Part shown: in pieces, positions 20,866 to 30,872 of the stretch | Layout: each line of letters begins with the position of its first letter | How positions within the stretch are numbered: the stretch's first letter is position 1 | NCBI GenBank assembly: GCA_965215015.1 | Contig: OZ244042.1 | Coordinates: 5,824,001-5,888,000, forward strand | Reading direction: 5' to 3' | DNA length: 64,000 bases | Source: Candidatus Poribacteria bacterium | GTDB taxonomy: Bacteria > Poribacteria > WGA-4E > PCPOR2b | Notes under the pieces: generated by a model | The model's input: the letters and a program-made list of their open reading frames with translations, nothing else | Databases searched by the model: none | Told to the model about the DNA's origin: nothing | Program-made: the position numbers and the translations under genes

Positions 20866-22959
20866 TTAAACAGAAAATCCTTTCGACGAGATAATTTCTT
20901 GAGCAATGCTCTGGGGAACATAACTATAATGTGCAAATTCCATCGAATAAGTTGCCCGTCCTTGCGTCAGGGAACGGAGCATTTTAACATAACCGAACAT
21001 TTCAGCAAGTGGAACATAGGCTTTAATGACCTGTATTCCGGACTTGGGGTGCATATCTGTCTGGAGAATTTGTGCACGCCGCGCATTTAAATCCCCCATT
21101 ACCTTTCCCAAATAGTCATCCGGAACAATAACTTCAATCTCCATGATTGGTTCAAGCAGTATCGGATCTGCGCGTTTCACCGCGTCTTTGAAGGCAATCC
21201 GAGCAGCGTTTGAAAATGCGATTTCTGAAGAATCAACGGGATGGTAAGAACCATCATACAATCGCACACCGACATCAACTAGTGGATAACCGCCTAAAAT
21301 CCCGGCAGTTATTCCCTCTTCAAGTCCCTTACGAACAGCGGGGATATATTCTTGGGGAATGGTGCCTCCCTTTATTTCATTAACAAATTCAAAACCGGCT
21401 CCCTGTTCGAGTGGGTAAATTTCAATAACCACATGTCCGAATTGACCACGCCCACCGGATTGCCGCACAAAACGCTCGTTGGCGTCTGCGGAACGCTGGA
21501 TAGTCTCACGATAAGCAACTTGAGGTTGACCAATCTCTGCCGAAACCTTAAATTCCCGAACCAAGCGATCTACGATTATCTCTAAATGTAATTCCCCCAT
21601 GCCGGACAGGACTGTTTGTCCTGTTTCTGGATCTTGATGAACCTTAAAAGTTGGGTCTTCTTCAGCCAACTTTGATAGTGCTATGTTCATCTTCTCAATG
21701 TCCGACTTTGTTTGAGGTTCAATAGCAATGGACATCACAGGAGATGGAAAGGCCATTGATTCCAATACAATCGGGGCATTTGGATCGCAAACGGTGTCGC
21801 CGGTCATCGCGGATTTGAAGCCAATGATGGCGGCGATATCACCCGCATAGATGGCTTGACGCTCCTCACGCTTGTTGGCGTGTAGCTGCATCAGCCTCCC
21901 GATCCTTTCAAACTTTCGGCGCGTACTATTGTATACAGTCATTCCTTTAGCCAAAACCCCGGAGTAAACGCGGAGGAATGTCAGCTTGCCAACATGTGGA
22001 TCGGTTGTAATTTTGAAGGCTAGTGCAGAAAAAGGCTCGTCGTCATTTGCTAAACGTGTCCCTTCCTCTTCAGCTTCTGGATTCAAGCCAGTTACCGGTG
22101 GTACATCTATTGGAGAGGGTAGGTAATCAACCACTGCATCTAGTAACGGTTGGACGCCTTTATTCTTAAGGGCTGTGCCGCACAGGACAGGAACCATTTT
22201 TCCGCTTAACGTCGCGCTCCTTAAACCCGCTTTGATTTCTTCCTCGGACAACTCAACCCCATCAATATATTTTACCAAGAGGTCATCATCACACTCGGCA
22301 ATTGCTTCCAACATTTGCTCCCGATATTCCAGAACACTCTCCATCATTTCATCTGGGATATCTGTATCGAACATAATCGATCCGAAACTCGCTTCGTCCC
22401 ATGTCAGTCCTTTCAGAGAAATCAAATCAACAATTCCACTAAATCTCTCGGAGGAGCCAATCGGCAGTTGAATTGGCACCGCTGAAGTCCCAAGCCGCTC
22501 AACCATCATTTCGACCGTTCGAAAGAAGTCCGCACCGGTTCGATCCATTTTATTAATAAGCGCGATACGTGGCACCTGATATTTATCTGCTTGTCTCCAA
22601 ACCGTTTCCGACTGGGGTTCCACGCCGCCAACTGCACAGAAAACAGCAACGGCTCCATCAAGGATTCGCAGCGATCTTTCGACTTCAACCGTAAAATCAA
22701 TATGTCCCGGAGTATCGATAATGTTGATACCATATCCATTCCATTGGCACGTTGTTGCGGCAGCGGTAATAGTAATCCCTCGTTCCTGTTCCTGTGCCAT
22801 CCAATCCATTGTCGTGGTGCCATCGTCAACCTCTCCCATACGATGCACTTTGCCTGTGTAGTACAACATGCGTTCCGTTACAGTTGTCTTGCCCGCATCA
22901 ATATGCGCCATGATGCCGATGTTTCGTGTATGGGTCAATGGAAATCGACGTTGCTCCAT
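20866..22959 (-). CDS. fusA: Elongation factor G (start may be up to 23022)
   Basis: [31 protein letters not shown]. Confidence 0.98.
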   Translation of the reverse strand: MEQRRFPLTHTRNIGIMAHIDAGKTTVTERMLYYTGKVHRMGEVDDGTTTMDWMAQEQERGITITAAATTCQWNGYGINIIDTPGHIDFTVEVERSLRILDGAVAVFCAVGGVEPQSETVWRQADKYQVPRIALINKMDRTGADFFRTVEMMVERLGTSAVPIQLPIGSSERFSGIVDLISLKGLTWDEASFGSIMFDTDIPDEMMESVLEYREQMLEAIAECDDDLLVKYIDGVELSEEEIKAGLRSATLSGKMVPVLCGTALKNKGVQPLLDAVVDYLPSPIDVPPVTGLNPEAEEEGTRLANDDEPFSALAFKITTDPHVGKLTFLRVYSGVLAKGMTVYNSTRRKFERIGRLMQLHANKREERQAIYAGDIAAIIGFKSAMTGDTVCDPNAPIVLESMAFPSPVMSIAIEPQTKSDIEKMNIALSKLAEEDPTFKVHQDPETGQTVLSGMGELHLEIIVDRLVREFKVSAEIGQPQVAYRETIQRSADANERFVRQSGGRGQFGHVVIEIYPLEQGAGFEFVNEIKGGTIPQEYIPAVRKGLEEGITAGILGGYPLVDVGVRLYDGSYHPVDSSEIAFSNAARIAFKDAVKRADPILLEPIMEIEVIVPDDYLGKVMGDLNARRAQILQTDMHPKSGIQVIKAYVPLAEMFGYVKMLRSLTQGRATYSMEFAHYSYVPQSIAQEIISSKGFSV

Positions 22960-23089
22960 GGAACGCCGATTTTCAGAGGTCATTTGATTTTGTTTTTTAA
23001 GTCTCATTTTTTCTAAAACCATTCATGATACGGTAAAAAGATAAAGGTTTATTTAAAAAGAAGGTGCAAAGATACCCGGAACATCTATT

Positions 23090-23147
23090 TGAAACTGAGT
23101 TTTTGAGAAGAAACTCGGGGCTGTTGCGCGATTTCTTAACATGAGCC
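23090..23147 (-). repeat. Fragment of the GGCTCATGTTAAGAA-ended repeat in the rpsG-fusA spacer
   Basis: TTTCTTAACATGAGCC matches element ends at 27607/27732, 29699 and 45396. Confidence 0.55.
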
Positions 23148-23195
23148 AAAATAAAAAATTACCGCCCGATAGATTGGGGCTTCACTGAGCTCAGC

Positions 23196-23666
23196 TTACC
23201 AGCGATAGTGTGCAAATGCTCGATTCGCCTCCGCCATGCGATGTTGATCAAGTTTTCTGCGAATTGAAGATCCGTCATTCCTAGCGGCATCTAATAGTTC
23301 GCCCGCCAGCCGCTCTGCCATCGTTTTCTCTCCACGATCTCTTGCAGATTGAATAATCCAACGGAGTGCCAATGTTGTGCGACGTTCCGCTTTAACATCT
23401 ACTGGCACTTGGTAGGTTTGTCCCCCAACACGCCGAGACCGAATTTCAAGAACCGGCTTAACGTTGTTAATTGCTTCGTGGAAAACTGTAAGTCCATCCT
23501 GGTCGGTGCGTTTTTCAACAATGTCTATGCTATTGTATAGAATTGACCGAGCAACACTCTTCTTTCCACAAGCCATTAAGAAGTTTATAAATTTCGCCAC
23601 CAGTTTACTGTTATATTTTGGGTCCGGGAGTACGTCTCGTTTAACAACCTCTGTACGACGTGGCAT
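23196..23666 (-). CDS. rpsG: 30S ribosomal protein S7
   Basis: [29 protein letters not shown]. Confidence 0.98.
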   Translation of the reverse strand: MPRRTEVVKRDVLPDPKYNSKLVAKFINFLMACGKKSVARSILYNSIDIVEKRTDQDGLTVFHEAINNVKPVLEIRSRRVGGQTYQVPVDVKAERRTTLALRWIIQSARDRGEKTMAERLAGELLDAARNDGSSIRRKLDQHRMAEANRAFAHYRW

Positions 23667-23677
23667 ACCTTCCTCCT

Positions 23678-24049
23678 CTAACCAGCACTCTTTGCACCAT
23701 ATTTTGATCTTGCCTGCCGTCGATTCTCAACACCCGCTGTATCTAATGTGCCGCGGACTATGTGGTATCTGACATTGGGCAAATCCTTAACTCTGCCGCC
23801 GCGCACGAGTACAACCGAGTGTTCCAGAAGGTTATGATCTATGCCGGGGATATAGCAGGTGGCTTCTTGACCATTCGTAAAACGGACACGAGCGACCTTG
23901 CGAAGCGCCGAATTCGGCTTCGTGGGAGTTACGGTCCTGACTTGTAAACAGATGCCTCGCCGTTGGGGACAACTTTCCAGGACCGGAGATTTACTTTTCT
24001 TACGTGGTCTTTTACGAGATTTTCTGACTAATTGATTAATTGTTGGCAT
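23678..24049 (-). CDS. rpsL: 30S ribosomal protein S12 (non-consensus T43 and N92)
   Basis: [29 protein letters not shown]. Confidence 0.98.
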   Translation of the reverse strand: MPTINQLVRKSRKRPRKKSKSPVLESCPQRRGICLQVRTVTPTKPNSALRKVARVRFTNGQEATCYIPGIDHNLLEHSVVLVRGGRVKDLPNVRYHIVRGTLDTAGVENRRQARSKYGAKSAG

Positions 24050-24072
24050 ATCTACCTCGGCTGACTAGTAAT

Positions 24073-24122
24073 GTGCAGACAAAAATAAAGCCCCACTATG
24101 GGGGCTCACAAAGTTGTCCGCT
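24073..24122 (-). terminator. Terminator-like hairpin inside the rpsL 5' leader
   Basis: AGCCCC-CATAGT-GGGGCT followed by TTATTTTT on the minus strand; stem extendable by GCGGACAA/TTGTCTGC. Confidence 0.55.
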
Positions 24123-24230
24123 GTAACGAAGTAACTGTGAAAAAACACGCCAAAGTGTTTTGGAACTATAAATTCCTCCCCTTTTCCACCTAATTCAAGG
24201 CGAAAATCCAAAGTTAGCGTCAAAAGGCGA

Positions 24231-24259
24231 ATTATACCAAACTGATAAGCGAATGTCAA
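24231..24259 (-). promoter_or_regulatory. Consensus sigma70 promoter of the str/S10/spc/alpha superoperon
   Basis: TTGACA-17bp-TATAAT on the minus strand with an A-rich UP-like tract upstream. Confidence 0.9.
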
Positions 24260-24439
24260 GCCCTTTTCTGCGTTTTTATTGAATTTTTTCTAAAGTTTGG
24301 ACAATTTATGGCAATGAGGACGGGTTGAGACTCCTTTTCGTGGGGCGAAACCGCACTCAGAAATCACTCCCACTTGACTGGATAGCATGTGGAGAGAAAA
24401 GGCTTGATCAAAATTGAACATGGCCATCCCATTGACTTA

Positions 24440-25035
24440 ACCCCCGTCGTGGGGGCAAGTTTCCCAACCTGCCGGCGATCACAGTTTGAAAACCTGTGTC
24501 TACGAGTGGATTTGCCTTGTCATGTGCCAAAGTCATAGGCATACGCCTTCTGCTCCCCGTTTACGGGGCCGGGGGTAACAGGGAGAAGCCCCCATATCCC
24601 CCCGCATGGGAAAAACAAAAGGGGATAAGTAGTTACTAGCTTTTAATAAAACGCCAAGATGCAAGGGGACTAAGCTACAAAAAAAGGAAACGAGAGAACC
24701 GGCTTCCCCTTCGTCAGGGAAGGGGGGCGTTTCTTCGTTCTTCTCCCGATGAAACCGCGAATCTACGATGCCGTAGGCATTCCCTTGGGCAGGCTACCGA
24801 ATCGGGACTTGCGCCCTCTCCCCACTTGCGGAGCATCCCCCCTCGAATCCCCCACAAATAGGGGGACGGGGGGTAAGGGAGCATCTTTGCGTTAAATTCA
24901 GAAAAAGCCCTCATCTACTCCGAAACAAAATATCCCCAACCCCATTAGGTGGGGTATCTTGCCCCATCTACCGCCTGCGATCAATATCTGTATCCGCGCA
25001 ATCTGCGTCATCTGTTTAATCCGCGATTTAGACAA
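24440..25035. repeat. Intergenic mosaic of REP-like and G/C-run palindromic repeats
   Basis: TTTCCCAACCTG / TTTGAAAACCTGTG, GGCATACGCC, CCCCCCTCGAATCCCCCA..GGGGGAC and AATCCGCGATTTAGAC modules; no credible ORF. Confidence 0.5.
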
Positions 25036-25074
25036 TTATTATGAGCACCCCTCAATTATATTTCCTCAAATTAA

Positions 25075-26082
25075 TTACATCCGCATCGCCGGTTCCTGGA
25101 CTGTGTCCAATAATCGGGTGATTACGGCATCAGAATCAACCCCCTCAGCTTCCGCGTGAAAGTTTACGAGTACACGATGTCGGAGAACAGCGTGCGCCAC
25201 CGATTTAACGTCTTCTATAGACGCATTCACACGCCCCCGTAGAATTCCGCGTGCTTTCGCGCCAAGGATTAAATACTGTCCTGCCCGTGGACCCGCCCCC
25301 CACCTTACCCACTGTTGAATAAAATCCGGGGCATCTTTGCTTCTGGGACGGGTCGCCCTTGCTAACTTGACCGCATACTGTACAACGTTATCAGCGGTTG
25401 AAACCCGCCGGACAATCTGATTTAGGGTTATGATGTCTTCGCCGGAAAGCACGGTCTCAAGTTCGGGTTCACCAACGCTGGTCGTCGAAGAAACAATTGC
25501 GACCTCCTCCTCCTCGCTCGGATAGTCGATCACAATCTTAAACATGAAACGGTCTAGTTGTGCCTCTGGCAGTGGGTATGTTCCTTCCTGCTCAATCGGA
25601 TTCTGCGTGGCAAGGACGAAGAACGGTTGTTCCAAATTATACATGGTGCCCCCCGCTGTGACATGATATTCCTGCATCGCTTCAAGCAATGCAGCTTGGG
25701 TCTTGGGTGGGGTTCGGTTGATTTCATCGGCAAGCAAGATGTTGGCAAATATGGGTCCCTGGATGAAGCGAATCTCCCGATGACCGGTGGAGCGTTCTTC
25801 TTCTAAAACGTCTGTGCCGGTAATATCGGCGGGCATCAGATCCGGTGTAAACTGAATTCGCTTAAACTGGAGATTGAGAATTTGGGCAAGCGTCTTAATC
25901 ATCAAGGTTTTGGCGAGCCCGGGCACGCCTTCAAGCAGGCAGTGCCCCCCTGCAAAGAACGCCATCAGCATCTGATCAATTACTTCCTCTTGACCGACAA
26001 TTGCTTTGTTGAGTTGTTCCGAGATGAGGTCTCTGGCATCCATTAGTTTTTCAATCGCTTGAACTTCTTCTGTTGCTGGCAT
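25075..26082 (-). CDS. MoxR-family AAA+ ATPase
   Basis: [58 protein letters not shown]. Confidence 0.95.
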   Translation of the reverse strand: MPATEEVQAIEKLMDARDLISEQLNKAIVGQEEVIDQMLMAFFAGGHCLLEGVPGLAKTLMIKTLAQILNLQFKRIQFTPDLMPADITGTDVLEEERSTGHREIRFIQGPIFANILLADEINRTPPKTQAALLEAMQEYHVTAGGTMYNLEQPFFVLATQNPIEQEGTYPLPEAQLDRFMFKIVIDYPSEEEEVAIVSSTTSVGEPELETVLSGEDIITLNQIVRRVSTADNVVQYAVKLARATRPRSKDAPDFIQQWVRWGAGPRAGQYLILGAKARGILRGRVNASIEDVKSVAHAVLRHRVLVNFHAEAEGVDSDAVITRLLDTVQEPAMRM

Positions 26083-26118
26083 GGTGTCTGTGGCTCCTTA
26101 TCAGTTTCAATCTCTATT

Positions 26119-26286
26119 AAGAGTTACGCAGTTTAGCTTGTAGTAGCACGTTCATTGCGCGTCAGATACCAACAACGTCGCGCGATAGTATCTAGCTCAA
26201 TTCATCAGATACTATCGCATAACCCACCGGGTATTCGATAAATCGCCCGACCACAAACCTTTAAGCGTTCAACTGTATAATCCCTA
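26119..26286. repeat. MITE/REP-like composite element
   Basis: GAGTTACGCAGTT...AACTGTATAATCCC degenerate inverted ends; internal GTAGTAGCACGTTCATTGCGCGT at 26140-26162. Confidence 0.55.
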
Positions 26287-26384
26287 CTCTAATGAGAACT
26301 ATTTTCTTTCTTAATCCTTGTCTAATCAACCGGTTGAAATGGTTTTCATATCTTTCACTTTTTTCTGCCAAAAATCTTCCCCAA

Positions 26385-27557
26385 TCAACCCAAGTAGCTC
26401 CAACTCGCCACGAAATCATCGATGTCGAAGGCGGGCATCTCGTTGAAGATGTAGGGGGTCGGCTCCTTGTTCTGGAAGCCGGGCACGAGTTGGGGCGAAT
26501 CGGTTTGGAGTGCTCTATCTAACGGCAGGAACCGCTGCCAGAGCAGCTGACGCTCCGGTTCCGTGAAACGATTGTACATGGGCTCGCGTGGCTGATGGCG
26601 TATGTTCTTCGCACGTTTAGATAACAACACGAGACATGTCATTCGACCTTCGGCACCCGGGTGCAGTTCAGCCAACCCCTGACGGAACCCTCCTTCATCT
26701 AATCTAATGGTCGCACGGAAAATGCGTTCAATCAAGGCGAGTTCGCCTCGTTCTAGTTCGAGAAAACCTTCAAACTTAATCGCTAGATGCACCGGCAACC
26801 TATCAATCAGCCCCGGCTGCCAGACGAAGGAGTGCGCGTGTGGGTATATACCGACCCCAAAGGCACGGTAGGTATACTGCAAGGTCCGGCGCAGCTTCGT
26901 GCTATAGTTACTGCCCCAGTGAAGGATTGTGTTCAGGTATACGACACCGTCACCTGCCTTCAATTCGATTGGGATGCCGCCCTCCACCGGCTCATGTTCA
27001 CTCTTGGATAACTGCCGGTTTTCCGCCTCAGTGTTGAATCGCCTGTGGCTGCCGGGGACCGCCCACAGTACATCATCGTCATACAATGCAATGTTCCACT
27101 GCGTATATGCCGGAGGATTCGCTAGGGAATCCGTGAACAACCCCTCCAACGGTCCCTCGCGCCACGACCGGATATCGCGATGCCAGTCCCATGGGCCGTG
27201 GTCTACCCGTGGGTTGCAGAACATGCCGAATTGCAGGGGTGCCACCTCCTCTGCCTGCATTAGCTGCTTGCTGATTCCGTATGTATTCTCGTGAAATACG
27301 AACTCTATTGATTCTACCGCGGCTGAGTCAACCACCCGATCAAACAACACCCGCGGCTGCGGACCGGACTCCCACTCTCCGCCCGGTGGCTCGCCCGGCT
27401 TACGATTGTCCGTCCACCACCGCTTATGCCGTTCAAGCATCTGTTCGCAATGTGTCCGCAACGACCCAAGTTGTTTCGGGGGCACGCACCCGCGCACGAT
27501 GATGTAACCTTTGTCCTGAATCTCTTTTGTGTCTGCGAGTGTTGTCATGACCTCCAC
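26385..27557 (-). CDS. PhyH-family Fe(II)/2OG dioxygenase with C-terminal extension
   Basis: WHRD, L..VPGSH, LKAGD, LHWG.NY...RR. Confidence 0.8.
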   Translation of the reverse strand: MEVMTTLADTKEIQDKGYIIVRGCVPPKQLGSLRTHCEQMLERHKRWWTDNRKPGEPPGGEWESGPQPRVLFDRVVDSAAVESIEFVFHENTYGISKQLMQAEEVAPLQFGMFCNPRVDHGPWDWHRDIRSWREGPLEGLFTDSLANPPAYTQWNIALYDDDVLWAVPGSHRRFNTEAENRQLSKSEHEPVEGGIPIELKAGDGVVYLNTILHWGSNYSTKLRRTLQYTYRAFGVGIYPHAHSFVWQPGLIDRLPVHLAIKFEGFLELERGELALIERIFRATIRLDEGGFRQGLAELHPGAEGRMTCLVLLSKRAKNIRHQPREPMYNRFTEPERQLLWQRFLPLDRALQTDSPQLVPGFQNKEPTPYIFNEMPAFDIDDFVASWSYLG

Positions 27558-27606
27558 CCTGACTGAAGTATAAATGCTTGGGATTGCCTAAATAACTTTC
27601 ATTTTT

Positions 27607-27732
27607 GGCTCATGTTCAGAAATTATGCAACAGAAACCGATTTCGTTCATTGGTTCATTAATGAACCAATGAACGAAATCGGTTTTCACGTTTCATACTC
27701 TTCGCGTTTCACACTTTCTTTTAACATGAACC
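27607..27732. repeat. MITE-like element with GGCTCATGTT/AACATGAACC ends and an internal 52-bp perfect palindrome
   Basis: Palindrome at 27634-27685, AAACCGATTTCGTTCATTGGTTCATT|AATGAACCAATGAACGAAATCGGTTT. Confidence 0.75.
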
Positions 27733-28677
27733 TCATTTCTTTCCGTGAATCCCCGCCGTTTGCTTCGCAATCATTGCAAGTTGGTCCTCATCCCACTCCT
27801 CTTGCTGCTGTAATGCGTACAGCGATGTATAACCCCCCGACCAGTCTGGAGGCACTAGACATGGGCGATTATCGTGGTGTGCCCAGCGGGCCGGTTTGCC
27901 CCTTACTATAGTGCCCTCATATTGACTAGGTAACGGATTGGCGGTGTAGGTGAACGCATCGGCTGACGAATAGACATTCAGCAACAGGGGCCGCCCTTGA
28001 TCGGAAAGGTTCGGCTTGGATCCGTGAATCACACGGCAGTTATGAATTGTGAGAGATCCGGAGGCCCCCTTCAGATAATGGACATTCTCCGTGTCAACGC
28101 GTTTGACATCTTCATCGCTGAGGCAACCAACCCATTGATTGTTCGCATTGTATTGATTGAAAAGTTCACCCTTGTGGCTTCCGGGGATAGCACCAAGGGG
28201 GCCCTGATCATCACCGACACCATGAAGATAAACGCCAATTGTGAGCGGACTATAGTTGGTGTGGGGCCAATAGGTAATGTCTTGATGCCACTTAACCTCT
28301 TCGCCACCTTCTGCCCATTTGAAATTTAATTTAGAGTGATGGAATTTGACGTCCGGTCCTACCAGATCTGCTGCCACCTCAACGATAACCGACTGGGAAG
28401 CAAACTCCCAATAGGTTGGGTGCTGTTCAACGGGACTGGTCAGCCGGCGTAGACGCGGATTGTCCGCCGTGTGGCCCGGTTCCAGATCGAACACCATGTC
28501 CGACTTATCCAGGGCCCGGCTGCGCTGCACCATTTCATCTGTAACGTCAATCAGGCGTTTGACCCAATCCTGCGGTACAATGCGTTCAACGAGCAGGTAT
28601 CCGTTATCAAAGTAAAATTGACGCTGTTCTTGGGTGAGCACTTCAGGTTTGTGAGACAATATCTTCTCAGGTGTCAT
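27733..28677 (-). CDS. PhyH-family Fe(II)/2OG dioxygenase
   Basis: SKLNFK, WHQD, GPL..IPGSH, IHGS.PN.S...R. Confidence 0.9.
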   Translation of the reverse strand: MTPEKILSHKPEVLTQEQRQFYFDNGYLLVERIVPQDWVKRLIDVTDEMVQRSRALDKSDMVFDLEPGHTADNPRLRRLTSPVEQHPTYWEFASQSVIVEVAADLVGPDVKFHHSKLNFKWAEGGEEVKWHQDITYWPHTNYSPLTIGVYLHGVGDDQGPLGAIPGSHKGELFNQYNANNQWVGCLSDEDVKRVDTENVHYLKGASGSLTIHNCRVIHGSKPNLSDQGRPLLLNVYSSADAFTYTANPLPSQYEGTIVRGKPARWAHHDNRPCLVPPDWSGGYTSLYALQQQEEWDEDQLAMIAKQTAGIHGKK

Positions 28678-28726
28678 CGGATAACCTCCTTCTATGAAAA
28701 ATCAATAACGGGGGGTATGTTTTCTG

Positions 28727-29557
28727 CTAATCCAATTGTCGGCGATACAAAATCCGTCCATACGGTTTAGCATCGCCAGCGTATTTTGGATTCAAACGGC
28801 GAACCATTTCCTGCGCTTCCTTGGACCAATCTTCGGGGATGGGATGTGTCTTGCTAGCCAGCTGTGCCTTGATGCGCTCCGGCAAATCGCAAAAATCAGG
28901 CTGAAACCAGAGTGTAATAACCATGCGGCGTTCATCAGAGTTGTTCGCATACGAAGCGTGCAGCAGGCGTGCATCACCAATCAACAGGTCACCCGCTTTG
29001 ACCGGGACATCAATTTCGTCAGGGCGTGTCGAAAATTCCGGGCGGTTTAGGTTCTTTGCCTCTGAAATCTCACCGGCGTGTGGTTCCATGATTAAATCAT
29101 GGAGTGGGTTGTGCTTGTAATGCGACCCCGGAAGCACGCGGAGACAACCGTTATGCGGCGTGGTGTCGGTCAGGTAGTACATAAAGAATACCTGTTGGGG
29201 TCGTGGGTCGTAGGTGGTTGGATCCGCCCAACCAAACCAGTCGTAGTGCCAAAACAGAGCCGGACTGTGCGGCGGCTTGCTGAGGATATATCCACTGGTA
29301 AAGGTTGGATCCTTGAACCCCATTGATTTCAAAGCATCAAGCGACAGCTGCCACGAAATCAGTTCCGCGAAAACCGGGTCCTCGTAAGTTCTGAACGCGC
29401 TCCCCTGAGAACGGTAATATCTTTTGTGCGCCTCTGTCATATTTTCACAGAGTCGGTCTGTCCCACTCCGGAATCGGTCGAGTAGCGCATCGCTCAGGAT
29501 ATTCTCAAAAATACAGAACCCTTCATTGATGAGTTGGTTATATTTCTCTTTCGACAT
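28727..29557 (-). CDS. PhyH-family Fe(II)/2OG dioxygenase
   Basis: SKPP, WHYD, NGCLRVLPGSH, KAGD, LLHAS..N. Confidence 0.88.
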   Translation of the reverse strand: MSKEKYNQLINEGFCIFENILSDALLDRFRSGTDRLCENMTEAHKRYYRSQGSAFRTYEDPVFAELISWQLSLDALKSMGFKDPTFTSGYILSKPPHSPALFWHYDWFGWADPTTYDPRPQQVFFMYYLTDTTPHNGCLRVLPGSHYKHNPLHDLIMEPHAGEISEAKNLNRPEFSTRPDEIDVPVKAGDLLIGDARLLHASYANNSDERRMVITLWFQPDFCDLPERIKAQLASKTHPIPEDWSKEAQEMVRRLNPKYAGDAKPYGRILYRRQLD

Positions 29558-29605
29558 GCAGCCCCTCACATCGCAGTTCAATTAAGTCAGATTAAAACCC
29601 TGATT

Positions 29606-29635
29606 ATTGTAGTCGAATGAGAAGGCCAAAGTCAA
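29606..29635 (-). promoter_or_regulatory. Putative sigma70 promoter for the phyH cluster
   Basis: TTGACT-18bp-TACAAT. Confidence 0.45.
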
Positions 29636-29889
29636 GGATAGAAATTTACGAGCAGGGCGAGAGTCAACAGATATCACCGCAATTTCTCCCTTTCCATTGC
29701 TCATGTTAAGAAGCTGTGCAAAGAAACCGTAGGAGCCGATGAACTAATGAATCAACTGTCTTCACGTTTCACGCTTTTGGCGTTTTACGCTCTCTTTTTT
29801 TTATAAGCCTTCTACTTTTATCTTTGCAAATCAGCGAAATCTGGGTCCGTATCCACTTTCAAAATCGAAGCGCGTCCGCCCTATTTTCA

Positions 29890-29919
29890 TTGACTTTCTT
29901 TTAGCAGCTCATGTATGAT
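29890..29919 (+). promoter_or_regulatory. Putative sigma70 promoter
   Basis: TTGACT-18bp-TATGAT about 50 bp upstream of ATG 29973. Confidence 0.45.
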
Positions 29920-29972
29920 TGAGAAATCAAATCAGCGCGGTCACATAGTGATCCGGATAACGGGGAGAACCT

Positions 29973-30872
29973 ATGATTAAACTCGGTTGTAACAGCTTGG
30001 TGAAAGACAGAGATAACCCCGGTGGGTGGATAGATATTGAGACGATGATTGATTTAATCCATACACTGAGACTGGATATCATTGATTTTCAACTCGATAG
30101 AGGATTTCGCTCTCTAGAACCGGCGTATCTCCGCAGGGTCAAAATTCTGTGCCATAGGTACGGTTTGCCGATAGGTTTCATAGGAGTCGGTAGTGGATTT
30201 GTCGGCACCGCTCAGCTGCCGAATAGAGGGGTGGTTGGTGCGTCGCTATCGCCGGACGAACTACAGCGGCGAATCGATGAAGTCAAGGAAGCCGTGGATG
30301 TTGCAGCATTTATGGGCACACCCCTGATTCGTCTCTTCGGCGGAGGGGTGCCTGAAGGTACGGAGAACCGTGAAGCGGTATGGTCAACGATGATCACCGG
30401 TTTCCAAGCGGTCTGCGATTACTCAGCTGAGAAAGGTATCCTTATTGGTCTTCACAACCATCCGCCGGCTGTGGAACCAACAAGCAATGATATTCGCCGC
30501 ATCTTGAATGACGTTGACCGTGAGAATTTCACCTTCATCTTAGACACCGGCCGGTGGCGGGGTGCACCGGGATCGGATGGGGCGGGAACCTCCGATACAA
30601 TTTATAAATACATGGAACAGACCGCGCCTTACGCTTCATACGTGCGCGCCAAAATTTATAAGGTTGATAGCGGTCAGGAGGAGTTACTTGATTATAGACG
30701 TATTATCTCTATTCTCAAGAAGGTGAATTTCAACGGGAATATGTCGATTGTTTTCGAGGACCGGGGCAATCAGTGCGATTACACCGAAGCCATTGGGTTG
30801 GCAGTCAAACATTTACGGAGGTTACTTGCAGAATCGGAGGGTAACAAAAATGACCTCAACCCAAAAGCATAA
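29973..30872 (+). CDS. Sugar phosphate isomerase/epimerase (xylose isomerase-like TIM barrel)
   Basis: A..MG.P.IR.F.G, L.NH, LDTG, G..SI.FE pattern. Confidence 0.8.
   Translation: MIKLGCNSLVKDRDNPGGWIDIETMIDLIHTLRLDIIDFQLDRGFRSLEPAYLRRVKILCHRYGLPIGFIGVGSGFVGTAQLPNRGVVGASLSPDELQRRIDEVKEAVDVAAFMGTPLIRLFGGGVPEGTENREAVWSTMITGFQAVCDYSAEKGILIGLHNHPPAVEPTSNDIRRILNDVDRENFTFILDTGRWRGAPGSDGAGTSDTIYKYMEQTAPYASYVRAKIYKVDSGQEELLDYRRIISILKKVNFNGNMSIVFEDRGNQCDYTEAIGLAVKHLRRLLAESEGNKNDLNPKA

Noticed and set aside
24065-24960. Short ORFs between rpsL and moxR
   Set aside because: They overlap the promoter, leader and palindromic repeats and show no coding features
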